The notes under the pieces: model-generated
The model's input: the letters and a program-made list of their open reading frames with translations, nothing else
What the model was told of the DNA's origin: nothing
The model's database searches: none
Translations under genes and position numbers: made by a program
Part shown: piece after piece, positions 28,352-38,737 of the stretch
How the letters are laid out: the number at the start of each line of letters is the position of its first letter
Position numbering within the stretch: the stretch's first letter is position 1
From: Verrucomicrobiota bacterium
GTDB lineage: Bacteria; Verrucomicrobiota; Verrucomicrobiia; Limisphaerales; Palsa-1400
DNA: 64,000 nt
Assembly: GCA_049510745.1 (NCBI GenBank)
Contig: JBEKYR010000019.1
Location: forward strand, 1-64,000
Direction of reading: 5' to 3'

Positions 28352-30646
28352 ATGGCATACGAAGAACTGGTCATTGATCTACTGAAGGCGGAGCGTGAGG
28401 AAGACGTTACTGCCGCGCTCACAGTCTATGGCTTGGAGAAATTCACTGATTCGAATTGGATTCCATATGGGGGAACGCTTTTTGAAAATAATTACGGATT
28501 GATAGGGACGCAACAGGCTGATTCGCTTGGCGCTCTAGTCGAAAAGGTCGTGAATTCGATTGATGCAGTTCTGATGCGGGAATGTCTAGCGAGAAACCTC
28601 GATCCCAGAAGTAATCTTGTGCCGCGAACGATGAACGAAGCGGCTGAACAGTTCTTGAACATTCCAGAAGGCAATTTAGCCAAGCTGTCTCCAACACAAC
28701 GGACAGAACTGGCCGAAAAGAATATCAGCATCATCGTGACAGGGCAGAAGCCTGACGAAGGCAACCCATGCATCATAGTTGCTGACACCGGAGAGGGACA
28801 GAGGCCCGAAGACTTCAAAGACACCCTTGTTTCATTGCTTCGCAGCAACAAATGTTCTGTCCCGTTTGTTCAGGGCAAATTCAACATGGGCAGTACTGGC
28901 AGCCTAGTGTTTTGTAGCCCGAACAAGAATTACCAGTTGATCATTTCACGACGTAACGCGGCAATTCCTACAGCCCGAAATTCAAAATGGGGATTCACTT
29001 TAATCAGGAAGCGTCCTCCAATGAAGAATGAGAAGAATGAGCGTTATGAATATCTCGCGCCGAAAGGGAAGATCTGTGAACTCGATCTTGATGAAATCCC
29101 AATTTTTCCAGACGCCGAAAATGTGCCCTACAAACGCCCAATCAAATGCGGGACGATCGTAAAGCTTTACGAGTATGACCTTCCGAGAAGTATAAAGACG
29201 ATGGCGACCGCAGATTTCTACCGGGCTTTATCAACCAAGCTCTGGACGGTGGTCGTTCCGATGCGAATTTATGAGGCGCGGGGTTACAAAGGTCACACTC
29301 TTGAGAGCACGTTTTCTGGGATGAACATCCGGCTTGAAGATGACAAAGGTGACGTCCTGGAGGAAGGGTTTCCATGCAATTTTACTCTTAATATTCCGAA
29401 GGTCGGAATGGTTGATGGGCGCATTTGCCTATTCAAAAAGGACGCCGAAATCTCACGTTGGGTAAGTTCACGAGAGGCGATCATTTACACTATTAACGGC
29501 CAGTCTCACGGCGCGCTGCCGAATGATTTTTTCCGACGCCAGTCAGTCAATCTCCCGTGGATACAGAAACAACTCTTGATCAACATTGATTGTTCGCGCC
29601 TCGACCAGCAATTGATCAACAGAATGTTTATGACCAGTCGCGACAGGCAGCGCGATGTTCAGGAAAAAGACTTCCTAGAGTCTGCCCTGGCCGAATTTGT
29701 TCGCAAGCATCCGGGGCTTCGGGAGTGGAACGAGCGACGCCACAGAGAAACGGTCGAGGAACAGTTCGTGGAGGAATCAGAAACGATCGAACTATTTGAA
29801 AAATTAGTAGCGCAGAATCCAGCACTCGCTGAGATTCTCGGTGTTGGTCTCAAAATCAAAGTCCCAAAGCCCGGCGAACAGCCGACTTCAAAGTTCGAAG
29901 GCCAAAGATTCCCAACGTTTTTGAAACTCGAAGACGCCCATAACAACGACGATTTCGTCAAAAAGTGTCCCCAGAATTCCTATTGTCGCGTTACTTTATT
30001 AACCGATGCGGAAAACGATTATTTGGTCCGAGCGATTGAGCCGGGGAAACTTATCATCAGACCGGAAGCATTGGTCAAGAGTACTAGCCTCTACAATGGC
30101 CGGTTGGAACTGCAACTAGCCCCGGAAAAAATGTACGATGTTGGTCACCGTATTGAAGTAAAGGTAATGTTAACCAGCCCGAACTCGACCGAGGGCTACT
30201 TTTCAGTTCGGTTTTGGCTGGAGATCGATTCGCCAGTGCAGCCAAAGAAGAGTCCTCCCAGCCCGCCCAAGCCGCCAAAAGTAACGACCGTGGCCCTGCC
30301 TGAAATCAAAGAAATCAAAAAGGATCAATGGGCCGAGGCTATCGAAATTACTTCCGACGATGATGTCGTGAAGATAATGAAGGACAACCAAGGGACGACT
30401 TCTCTCGTGAACATGGATAATCGCCACTACCGCCGCTATGTTTACGCCAACCCCAAGCGAGAGCAGGAGATTAGAAACCTCTACAAGATCTCATCAACAA
30501 TCATGGGGCTTTGGCTGCTCGAACAGGTTGATAAAGGTGGTCTCCAGGAGGAAAACCGAAGATCGGTGAGTAACTCACTTGGCCGGCTTCTGCTTCCTTT
30601 GGTTGATTCACTAGGGAGCAAGTTGGCTGAATTAGAGCAAGGGTAG
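28352..30646 (+). CDS. GHKL-type ATPase-domain protein of unknown function
   Basis: EKVVNSIDA, DTGEG and GKFNMGSTG correspond to GHKL N/G1/G2 boxes. Markedly lower GC than the flanks. Confidence 0.7.
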   Translation: MAYEELVIDLLKAEREEDVTAALTVYGLEKFTDSNWIPYGGTLFENNYGLIGTQQADSLGALVEKVVNSIDAVLMRECLARNLDPRSNLVPRTMNEAAEQFLNIPEGNLAKLSPTQRTELAEKNISIIVTGQKPDEGNPCIIVADTGEGQRPEDFKDTLVSLLRSNKCSVPFVQGKFNMGSTGSLVFCSPNKNYQLIISRRNAAIPTARNSKWGFTLIRKRPPMKNEKNERYEYLAPKGKICELDLDEIPIFPDAENVPYKRPIKCGTIVKLYEYDLPRSIKTMATADFYRALSTKLWTVVVPMRIYEARGYKGHTLESTFSGMNIRLEDDKGDVLEEGFPCNFTLNIPKVGMVDGRICLFKKDAEISRWVSSREAIIYTINGQSHGALPNDFFRRQSVNLPWIQKQLLINIDCSRLDQQLINRMFMTSRDRQRDVQEKDFLESALAEFVRKHPGLREWNERRHRETVEEQFVEESETIELFEKLVAQNPALAEILGVGLKIKVPKPGEQPTSKFEGQRFPTFLKLEDAHNNDDFVKKCPQNSYCRVTLLTDAENDYLVRAIEPGKLIIRPEALVKSTSLYNGRLELQLAPEKMYDVGHRIEVKVMLTSPNSTEGYFSVRFWLEIDSPVQPKKSPPSPPKPPKVTTVALPEIKEIKKDQWAEAIEITSDDDVVKIMKDNQGTTSLVNMDNRHYRRYVYANPKREQEIRNLYKISSTIMGLWLLEQVDKGGLQEENRRSVSNSLGRLLLPLVDSLGSKLAELEQG

Positions 30647-30822
30647 TTCAAGTCCGCGTCTCCGCGCCTTACAGAAGCTGCGGAATTGAGAGACAGGCTG
30701 GAAGCGCTGTCCCACGTTGAGGGGCATTGGGAACATCGAACTAAACACAAGCCTGGGTTGTTAAACAATCTTCACCCACTTTCAACCTTCACCTTGAGTT
30801 TTAGCCACCCTAAAGCGGATCC

Positions 30823-31707
30823 TCACTTTTGACACTCCTCATTAGACGTGGTTTGCGGCAGGGCAAAGCACGGTTCAATGGCGCCGCAGGTGGCGCATTC
30901 CAGGCAGCGGATGCAGCCGGAAACGTTGACGGCCTGATCCACTTTCACACCCATCGGGCAGCGGCTGCGGCAGAGGTTGCATTCGACGCATTGCTGCGGA
31001 TTGAACCGGAGATGAAACAGGCTCAACCGGTTGAAGAGCGCGAGCAACCCGCCGAGCGGACAAAACACGCGGCACCACGGCCGGTGAATGAAAAGCGCGG
31101 CCGCAAGAAAGGAGAGCAAAATGCCGCTCTTCAACCCGCTCATCAGCCAACCGTTGCCGGCAAGCAGGCTTTGCACGGAGTAAGGCACGCCGGCTTCCAG
31201 CGCGCCGGCCGGACAAAGCCGGCAAATGGAAATGACCTGCCTTTCAAATGGAATGCCGTTGAAACCCAGAATCAGCGGCAGAAGAATCACCAATCCTACC
31301 AGAACGAAGTAACGGCCGTAACCGGTCCAGGACGGCAGGATGATTTTCCGGGTGGTGATTTTGCCGAGCAAGTCCTGGAGAAAACCGAACGGACAAGCCC
31401 AGCCGCAAACGATGGAACCGCCGGCCGCGCCGACGAGCACGAGCACGCCGATCAATAAATACGGCACTTCCCCCGCCACTGGCAGCAGCGCCGCGTAGTT
31501 GGCCATCACACCCACCGGGCAGGCGAAGGCCGAGAGCGGGCACGAGTAACAGTGGAACACGCAGCCGGGAATGCCGTGCAGCCACCGGCCCAGCGGCGCG
31601 AGCCACAGGCCGAGAAAACCGGTTTGCACCCAGGGACGCCAGCGCGAGAGTTTTCGTCCGAGCGCCGCCGGCTTCCATTCAGGGCAATTGGGAACGGGAC
31701 ATTCCAT
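30823..31707 (-). CDS. Membrane 4Fe-4S ferredoxin (NapH/MauN-like)
   Basis: HCYSCP...ACP, CGWACPFG, CRLCPAG, WCRVFCPLG, CVECNLCRSRCP, CIRCLEC, plus TM helices. Confidence 0.9.
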   Translation of the reverse strand: MECPVPNCPEWKPAALGRKLSRWRPWVQTGFLGLWLAPLGRWLHGIPGCVFHCYSCPLSAFACPVGVMANYAALLPVAGEVPYLLIGVLVLVGAAGGSIVCGWACPFGFLQDLLGKITTRKIILPSWTGYGRYFVLVGLVILLPLILGFNGIPFERQVISICRLCPAGALEAGVPYSVQSLLAGNGWLMSGLKSGILLSFLAAALFIHRPWCRVFCPLGGLLALFNRLSLFHLRFNPQQCVECNLCRSRCPMGVKVDQAVNVSGCIRCLECATCGAIEPCFALPQTTSNEECQK

Positions 31708-31717
31708 GGGAACAGGT

Positions 31718-31736
31718 CGGCCACGCCACGTGGCCG
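31718..31736 (-). promoter_or_regulatory. Putative SECIS element 1
   Basis: On the minus strand: TGA (31752-31750), then 14 nt, then GGCCAC-GTGGC-GTGGCC. Confidence 0.7.
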
Positions 31737-31740
31737 GAAT

Positions 31741-32115
31741 TCATCTTATTCAGGTGGGACAGGGCGTTTTTGCGCCGAGGTCCACGCGGATTTTCCACGC
31801 CGGCGGCTGGGTATGGGCCTGTTGTTTGGCCCAGCGGTCAAGCGCCTCGCCGGGATTGGCCACGGCATCGAGTTTCGGCGGCGGCGGCGGCGCGACTTGG
31901 TCCGGGTATTGCAAACCGCCGGAGGAGAAGGCTTTGACCAACTGCGTTTCCCACGCCGTGTTTCCGTCCGTGGTGTCCACGTTGGTCAGATGCCGCGCGC
32001 CGCTAAACAGCAGCGCCGCGCCGGTCAGCGCGACAACCAAGCCGGACCAGAAATCGTGGTCTTCCCGCGCGCGCGACGCGCGATTGACCGGTGGCTGGGG
32101 GACTCGCTTGAACAT
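31741..32115 (-). CDS. Putative small membrane selenoprotein with C-terminal CxxU (…KTPCPT-U-IR)
   Basis: ATG at 32115, 18 nt after the tRNA-Sec CCA end. One TM helix. CPT-TGA followed by a SECIS-like hairpin; next stop is TGA at 31743-31741. Confidence 0.7.
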
Positions 32116-32133
32116 GCTACGGATTGGGGAAAA

Positions 32134-32230
32134 TGGCGGAGGTGGATGGGAATCGAACCCACCTGGGACTTTGTTGAGTCCCACGCTGGTTTTGAAGACC
32201 AGGAGCGCCACCAGGTCGCCCCACACCTCC
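32134..32230 (-). tRNA. selC: tRNA-Sec (anticodon UCA)
   Basis: GGAGGTG...CTGGT-CTTCAAA-ACCAG, long variable arm TGGGACT/AGTCCCA, GTGGG-TTCGATT-CCCAT, CACCTCC-GCCA. Confidence 0.95.
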
Positions 32231-32390
32231 CCGGCGGACCGCCGCGCCGCTGGCCAATGGCAGGCGTGATTGATTTCCGGCGGGCCGCATCACACAGGTA
32301 TATTGACAGATTGGAGCGGATAACTCAATCCGAATTTAGTCGCCAGCCGCGCCATAAATGGCAGACTGTTTGCACGTCAGGAAAGAATTT

Positions 32391-33227
32391 ATGGACATTC
32401 GAAAAGCCGTCATCACCGCCGCCGGTCCGGGCCAGCGGACGCTGCCGCTGCAAACGCTGGTTGACCGCGACGGCAAAACCAAGACCGCGCTCGGCATCAT
32501 CGTGGAGGAGGCGCTCAATTGCGGCGCGGAGGAAACCTGCGTGGTGGTCCATCCGGGCGACGCCGAGGCCTACCGCGCCGCCGCCGGGCCGCACGGCAAG
32601 CGATTGCAGTTCGTGGAGCAGGAGAAGGCGCTGGGCTACGGCCACGCCGTCTGGTGCGCCCGCGCCTTCACCGGATCGGAGCCGTTTCTGCTCCTGGTCG
32701 GCGATCATCTTTATCTGAGCCGGGAGAAACGCAGTTGCGCGCGGCAATTGGTCGAGGTCGCCGCGGCCGAGGCCTGCGCCGTTTCCGCCGTGCAGGCCAC
32801 GCACGAAAGCAAACTGCCCTATTACGGCGTGGCGGGCGGGCGGCTGGCGGAGAACCGCAAAGGCCTTTACCTCATTTCCGAGGTGCTGGAGAAACCGACC
32901 CCGACCGTCGCCGAACAACGCCTCATCGTTCCCGGATTGCGCGCGGGCCATTATCTTTGTTTTTTCGGGATGCACGTTCTGACGCCGGCGGTGATGGATT
33001 TGCTGGGGGCGGAAATGGCCGCCGGCCAGGCGGCCAGCCTGAGTCAAACACTCGCCAAGCTGGCCAGCCGCGAGCGCTATCTGGCCTGCGAATTACAGGG
33101 ACGCCGGTTTGACATCGGTTTGAAATACGGCCTGCTGACCGCGCAACTGGCGCTGGCCCTGAGCAGCCCGGCCCGCTCCGAAGTGCTCGCCGGACTCGTC
33201 GAACTCCTCGCCCAGGAACCCCATTGA
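32391..33227 (+). CDS. Sugar-phosphate nucleotidyltransferase (GalU-like)
   Basis: [40 protein letters not shown]. Confidence 0.8.
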   Translation: MDIRKAVITAAGPGQRTLPLQTLVDRDGKTKTALGIIVEEALNCGAEETCVVVHPGDAEAYRAAAGPHGKRLQFVEQEKALGYGHAVWCARAFTGSEPFLLLVGDHLYLSREKRSCARQLVEVAAAEACAVSAVQATHESKLPYYGVAGGRLAENRKGLYLISEVLEKPTPTVAEQRLIVPGLRAGHYLCFFGMHVLTPAVMDLLGAEMAAGQAASLSQTLAKLASRERYLACELQGRRFDIGLKYGLLTAQLALALSSPARSEVLAGLVELLAQEPH

Positions 33228-33235
33228 TCACGCGC

Positions 33236-36200
33236 ATGGCCAGCCCGCTCCTCGACATCATCACCTCGGCGGACGCGAGAATTCGCAACCAGCCGCTCGA
33301 CGCCTTTTGCGCCCGCGCCCCGGCAGATGAACTGCTGGCGGCCTGCGCGGAACTGGAGGGCTTCCGCCGCCGCAGCGACAATCTTTACGAGCGCGTCCGC
33401 GCGTTGTTCTTCCTTTACGCGATTCACCGTTTTCATCTGCCGGGGAAACTGCCCGCGGGCGCGGACGGCATGATTCCCTTCAAAGGATTCGAACATCTGC
33501 TGCACCGCCGGTTTGAAGAGGCGCTCGACCAGTTTCTTTCCGCGCAAAAAAGCGGCGGCCCCAGCGACGCCCTTTGCAGCGCGCTGGCCGCCGTGTATCA
33601 ACGCATCGGCTTTCAGACGCTGGCCGACCAGGTGCGGCGCAGCGTCCGTTCGGTGCGCGGCAACCAATGGATGTTCCGCATGGGCCATCCGGAGGATCAT
33701 CCGTTGCGCGTGCGCCCGGAACTGCTGCAACGCGGCGCGGACGGCGCCTTCCCCGTGCTGCGCGAACGCACCCCGGTGCGGATGGATTTGAGCCATTCGG
33801 GCTGGAGCGACATTTTCTTTCTCGGCATGGATTTTCCCGAAGGCGCCCGCGTGCTCAACGTCTCCATTGACCTGGGCGTTCACGGGCGCGACCAGGCGGC
33901 GCAGCCGCCGGTGGAGGCCTGCTTGCGGGTGATTGACGAACCGGTTTTGCGCCTGACCAGCGTGGACCTCGGCGCCACGGCGGAGATCAACAATCTGGCC
34001 GAGGTTTTTGATTTCGCCCGCGACTACCTCGGATTGCTCAAAGCGGCCGTCATCGCTGCCGGCATTGTGCCGCCGGGCATTGAAGGTTCGGGACTCAATC
34101 TGGCCGACTTGCTCGCGCGGGTCGCCGGGGCCGGGCGCGGCCTGGAATTGGTCAGCCACGTCAACGATATTCCGAAAGGCTCGCGCCTGGCGGTCTCGAC
34201 CAACCTGCTCGCCTCGCTGATTTCCGTCTGCATGAGGGCCACCGGCCAGGCCAAGTCGCTGACTGGCGCGCTGGCCGAGGAGGAACGGCGCCTGGTGCTG
34301 GCGCGCGCGTTGCTGGGCGAATGGCTCGGCGGCTCGGGCGGCGGCTGGCAGGATTCCGGCGGCGTGTGGCCGGGCATGAAACTCATTTGTGGCGTGACCG
34401 CGACGGAAGGCGATCCCGAATTTGGCATCAGCCGGGGCCGGCTCATGCCGGCGCACCGCATTCTGGATCGCCACGACGTTTCGTCCGAGACGCGCGAGCG
34501 TTTGCAGCAAAGCCTCGTGCTCGTCCACGGCGGCATGGCGCAAAACGTCGGGCCGATCCTCGAAATGGTGACGGAAAAGTATCTGCTCCGTTCCGCCGCC
34601 GAATGGGCCGGACGGCAGCAGGCCATCGGGTTGCTCGATGAAATCGTGTCGGCGCTGCGCGCCGGAGATGTGCGCGGGGTGGGCGCCCTGACCACGCGCA
34701 ATTTTTGCGAGCCGATCCAAACCATCATTCCGTGGGCCAGCAACGCCTTCACCGAATCGGTCATCGCGTCCGTGCGGGACGAGTTTGGCGCGGATTTCTG
34801 GGGGTTCTGGATGCTCGGCGGCATGTCCGGCGGCGGGATGGGTTTCATCTTTGAGCCGCAACGCAAGGCGCGGGCGCAGCAGCGGTTGCAGGAAATCATG
34901 TCGCAAACCAAGCGCGAACTGCAACACGCGCTGCCCTTTGCCATGGAGCCGGTGGTCTATGATTTCGCCATCAACGAGCGCGGCACCTGGGCGGACCTGC
35001 TGCGCGGCGACGAGGCGTTGCTGCCGCGCGGCTACTACGCGCTGCATGTTCCGCGCTGGCTGCGGGCCGATCCGCAGGCGCTGACCAGGGCGCAGCGCGC
35101 CGAACTGGACAAGTTCGGCGCCGCCTGCCGCACGCGAACGGAATTGTCCGGCATGATGCAGACGCTCTTCGACCGCCTGCTGCCCCGGCTCAAATCCGAG
35201 GGCGGCTCCCAGCAAAGCCTGGCGGAATTGCTCGAACAAAACGGCTTCGACCGCGTGCAGCATGAGCAGATTCGCGACGATTTGAAAGACGGCCGCATCG
35301 GCTTGGCCCAAAACCGCCTGCCCGCCAGCGCCGACATCAAGGACGTGCAGGATGCCGATGTGTTCAATGCCACCGGGCCGTTGGCGGAGGAATTGCGCCA
35401 GGCCGGCCTGGCCGCCCTCGCCCGCGGCGAACTGGCGGTGGTCACGCTGGCCGCCGGCGCGGGCAGCCGCTGGACGGAAGGCGCTGGTGTGGTCAAGGCG
35501 CTGCATCCGTTCTGCAAATTCAACGGCCTGCACCGGACGTTCATCGAAACGCACCTGGCCAAGAGCCGCCGTATCGGCCAACTGGCCGGCCAGACGCTGC
35601 CGCACTTCTTCACCACCAGCTACCTGACCCACGCGGCCACCGAGGAATTCCTGCGCCGGAAGAAAAATCATCATTATCCCGGACCGCTGCTCCTGTCGCC
35701 CGGCAGGTCCATCGGGCTGCGGATGATCCCGATGGTGCGCGACCTGCGCTTTCTCTGGGAGGAGATGCCGCAGCAACGGCTCGACGAGCAGCAGCAAAAA
35801 GTGCGCGACAGCCTGCGGGCCGCGCTCCTCAACTGGGCCCGTTCGGCGGGCGAGGGCGGCGATTACACCGACAATCTCCCGGCCCAATGCCTGCACCCGG
35901 TGGGACACTGGTTCGAGGTGCCGAACCTGCTGCGCAACGGCGTGCTGGCGCGCTTGCTCGCCGAACGTCCGCAGTTGCGGCACCTGATGTTGCACAACAT
36001 CGACACGCTCGGGGCGGACGCGGACCCGGCGCTCTTCGGTTTGCATCTGGCGCAGGAGGGCTGCCTGACGTTCGAGGTCATCACGCGCCGGCTGGAGGAC
36101 CGCGGCGGCGGCCTGGCCCGCGTTAATGGCCAGGTGCGGCTGGTGGAAGGACTGGCCATGCCGCGCGAGGAGGATGAGTTCCAACTCCGCTTCTACAATT

Positions 36201-36556
36201 CAAACACCTGCTGGATCGACATCGACAAACTGCTGGCGGTTTTCGGCTTGAGCCGGGCCGACCTTTCCAAGGCGGAACACGTCGCCGCCGCCGTGCGCGC
36301 GCTGGCCGCGCGCATGCCGACCTACATCACGATCAAGGATGTCAAGAAGCGCTGGGGCCACGGCCAGGAAGACGTGTTCCCGGTCAGCCAGTTTGAGAAA
36401 CTGTGGGTGAACATGACCGCGTTGCCGGAAGTGAAAACGCGCTTTGTCGTGGTGCCGCGCCTGCGGGGACAACAGCTCAAGGACCAGGCGCAACTGGACG
36501 GCTGGCTGCGCGATGGCTCGGCCGATTTCGTCAACCAGCTTTGTGCCTGGCCGTGA
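33236..36556 (+). CDS. GHMP-kinase-like / UDP-sugar pyrophosphorylase fusion
   Basis: [32 protein letters not shown], then [32 protein letters not shown]. Confidence 0.75.
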   Translation: MASPLLDIITSADARIRNQPLDAFCARAPADELLAACAELEGFRRRSDNLYERVRALFFLYAIHRFHLPGKLPAGADGMIPFKGFEHLLHRRFEEALDQFLSAQKSGGPSDALCSALAAVYQRIGFQTLADQVRRSVRSVRGNQWMFRMGHPEDHPLRVRPELLQRGADGAFPVLRERTPVRMDLSHSGWSDIFFLGMDFPEGARVLNVSIDLGVHGRDQAAQPPVEACLRVIDEPVLRLTSVDLGATAEINNLAEVFDFARDYLGLLKAAVIAAGIVPPGIEGSGLNLADLLARVAGAGRGLELVSHVNDIPKGSRLAVSTNLLASLISVCMRATGQAKSLTGALAEEERRLVLARALLGEWLGGSGGGWQDSGGVWPGMKLICGVTATEGDPEFGISRGRLMPAHRILDRHDVSSETRERLQQSLVLVHGGMAQNVGPILEMVTEKYLLRSAAEWAGRQQAIGLLDEIVSALRAGDVRGVGALTTRNFCEPIQTIIPWASNAFTESVIASVRDEFGADFWGFWMLGGMSGGGMGFIFEPQRKARAQQRLQEIMSQTKRELQHALPFAMEPVVYDFAINERGTWADLLRGDEALLPRGYYALHVPRWLRADPQALTRAQRAELDKFGAACRTRTELSGMMQTLFDRLLPRLKSEGGSQQSLAELLEQNGFDRVQHEQIRDDLKDGRIGLAQNRLPASADIKDVQDADVFNATGPLAEELRQAGLAALARGELAVVTLAAGAGSRWTEGAGVVKALHPFCKFNGLHRTFIETHLAKSRRIGQLAGQTLPHFFTTSYLTHAATEEFLRRKKNHHYPGPLLLSPGRSIGLRMIPMVRDLRFLWEEMPQQRLDEQQQKVRDSLRAALLNWARSAGEGGDYTDNLPAQCLHPVGHWFEVPNLLRNGVLARLLAERPQLRHLMLHNIDTLGADADPALFGLHLAQEGCLTFEVITRRLEDRGGGLARVNGQVRLVEGLAMPREEDEFQLRFYNSNTCWIDIDKLLAVFGLSRADLSKAEHVAAAVRALAARMPTYITIKDVKKRWGHGQEDVFPVSQFEKLWVNMTALPEVKTRFVVVPRLRGQQLKDQAQLDGWLRDGSADFVNQLCAWP

Positions 36557-36606
36557 ATACGGATTGATATTGCAGTAAGCCCTTCGATTTGCTAATAGCC
36601 TGTCTA

Positions 36607-38706
36607 ATGGCAAAGCAAAAGACTGGTGGCTTATCATGGCGCTGGCTGGGAACCGCCGGGGTGGCTTGCTGGACGTGTGCGCTGTTGGTTGTGCTTTGCT
36701 CGGAAAACAGGCTTCGCGCGGCTGATTCTCTTCTTTCCGGTTCTCCGTCCTCAAACGCCGTCATGGCTGCGCTGGAGTATCAGGAAACAGACTCTGGCGT
36801 CATCAACTGGGGCGTTTCCCTGACGCCGCGGACCAGTCCTTTCAAAAAAGAGCCGGCGGCGGCTTCGGGCAAAATCATTCGCGGCGTTTTGAATTTCGGC
36901 GCCGATTCCAGCAACTCCATTCCCTTTCTCTGGCAGTGCCAGGCGGGAAAACTTTACCTCGACCTCAATCGCAACCAGGATTTGACCGACGATCCCTCCG
37001 GCCTGTTCTTGGCGCGCGCCGCGAAGCCGGATAATTACCAGACCTTTGCGAACGTCCACCTGCTTTTCAACACCGCTTCCGGCAGGTGCCGGGTGCTGGC
37101 GGACCTCTCCTTCTGGGACTACAGTGCGCCGCCAATTTGCAGCTTCGCGGTGCGCTCGTTCTGGCAAGGCAAACTGAGGTTGCAAGGGCGGGATTGGCAG
37201 GTGGGCATCGTCCCGAATATCCTGGACCGATCGGGCTTGTTCGAGAACAGCCGGTTGCTGCTGCGTCCCTGGGATAAACGAAGCCAGCCGTTCAACGCGG
37301 ATGATGGGTTGCTCGCCACTGTTCCCTTCTCGCGGAAACTTTTTGTGGATGGCCACGCCTATCAACTGGAGTGCGTCGCCCGTTCGCAAGACGGCGAAGC
37401 CAGGCCCGCGCTCCAATTCACGGAACAATCCGTCGCGCTGGGCGAAGTGAAAATCACCGGCCAATTCATCCGCCGCCTTGTTCTGCAGGGCGAGGCGTTC
37501 CTGGTGGTGCTCGATCAGCCGGCAGGCGTCGTGAAAATCCCGGCCGGCAGCTATCACCAGCCCGAGATCCTGCTCGAACAAGACGGCGTCGCGGCCTTCT
37601 CCCGCAATTCCGGCCAGTGGCAAATTGGCCGGCAGATTTCCGTGCGCGACAAGGCACAGGTGGCATTGAACGCGGGCGGGCCGTTGACCAATTCCGTCGC
37701 CACCGGCCGCCACGGTCAGGATTTGCGTCTGGATTATTGCCTGCTCGGCGTGGGCGGCGAAACTTACCAACTGGCCAGGCAAGATCGCTCCAAGCCGCCG
37801 GAGTTCGCGGTTTACAAGGGCGGAAAAAAAATCGCGTCCGGCAGATTTGAGTTTGGCTGAGGCAACACCTGCTCGCACTCATGGCGAGTGCCTCTCACCG
37901 CCGGCGGCAAACTGTCCCTTGTGGCTTCGTCCGACCTCGGAGCGCTCGGTGCGAAGGAAGGTCCGGCGGTCATCTACGACTGGGTGTTGCCCAGCCTGGC
38001 GCCGCTGTTGCTGCCGTGGCTGGTCATTCTGGGATTGCTCACCTTGAAACGGAATCGTTGCGCGGCCGCGTGGTGGATTTGGCTGCCGCTCGGATATGTG
38101 ATCGCGTTTACGTTGGCGCCGCTGGACATCATGCCCGCGGGAACAGATTTTTTCCTGGATGTCATCGCGGCGCTGGCGGCGGGGCTGGGCGCGGTCTGGC
38201 TCCTGACAGATTATCTCCGGCGGCCACATCGGTTCGTTACGTTTCTGTGCCTCCTGCTCGCCTTGGCCGGTTTCAGCGCGCTGGCCTTTGTGTCCGCACA
38301 AAGCTGGAGTTTCACGTCGGAAACATTTGTGGCCGGCATCGTTCTGGCCGTGGGCGTGGTGGTCAGTGCGGTGGCGTTGAGTCTGGCCGGGCTGATCTGC
38401 CGCGGCCGTTATCGTCGCGTCGGCCTTTATGGGTGGCTGCTCCTCTTGCTGGCCGTCATCTGGCTGGTGATCACCGGGCCTTTCTTTTTGTTCGCGCTCA
38501 TCGCTTCAGGCGGAAGAGTGTCTTGGGGCGGATTCTTTGTTCCCGTTTTTGCGTTGGTGACGCTCCATTTCGCCACCCTGCTGCCGTTCCTGATCCTGTC
38601 CTCGGCCAGCCCGTTTTACCGCCAACGGCTCAAGGCCCTGCTGCACGTCACACCGGAAGCGCCGCCCGTGCTGGCGCCTTTGCCGGATGCCGGTTTAAAA
38701 ACTTGA
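36607..38706 (+). CDS. Putative exported/membrane selenoprotein (FEFG-U-GNTC) with about 7 C-terminal TM helices; TGA 37858-37860 read as Sec
   Basis: The 36589..37860 and 37888..38706 ORFs are in the same frame, separated only by this TGA and 9 sense codons. A SECIS-like hairpin follows. Confidence 0.8.
37875..37891 (+). promoter_or_regulatory. Putative SECIS element 2
   Basis: TGA, then 14 nt, then GCACTC-ATGGC-GAGTGC. Confidence 0.8.
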
Positions 38707-38737
38707 ACTCGATGAACACCAAGCCAACCATGATGTT

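Noticed and set aside
30795..30825. GTGGC after the ferredoxin TGA as a fourth SECIS
   Set aside because: The loop sits 6 nt too close to the TGA and the stem is weak and AT-rich, so it does not fit the N14 + 6-bp geometry.
32116..32226. N-terminal extension of the 158-aa ORF
   Set aside because: It overlaps tRNA-Sec; the ATG at 32115 is the plausible start.
33077..36184. Long antisense ORFs (1035 aa here; also 46941-49553, 1032-2804, 15197-16765 and others)
   Set aside because: They are mirror frames of well-supported high-GC genes and show no recognisable motifs.
37888..38706. Stand-alone 272-aa membrane protein
   Set aside because: Its GTG start lies inside the SECIS-like hairpin with no clear RBS. 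It is better explained as the read-through C-terminus of the upstream gene.
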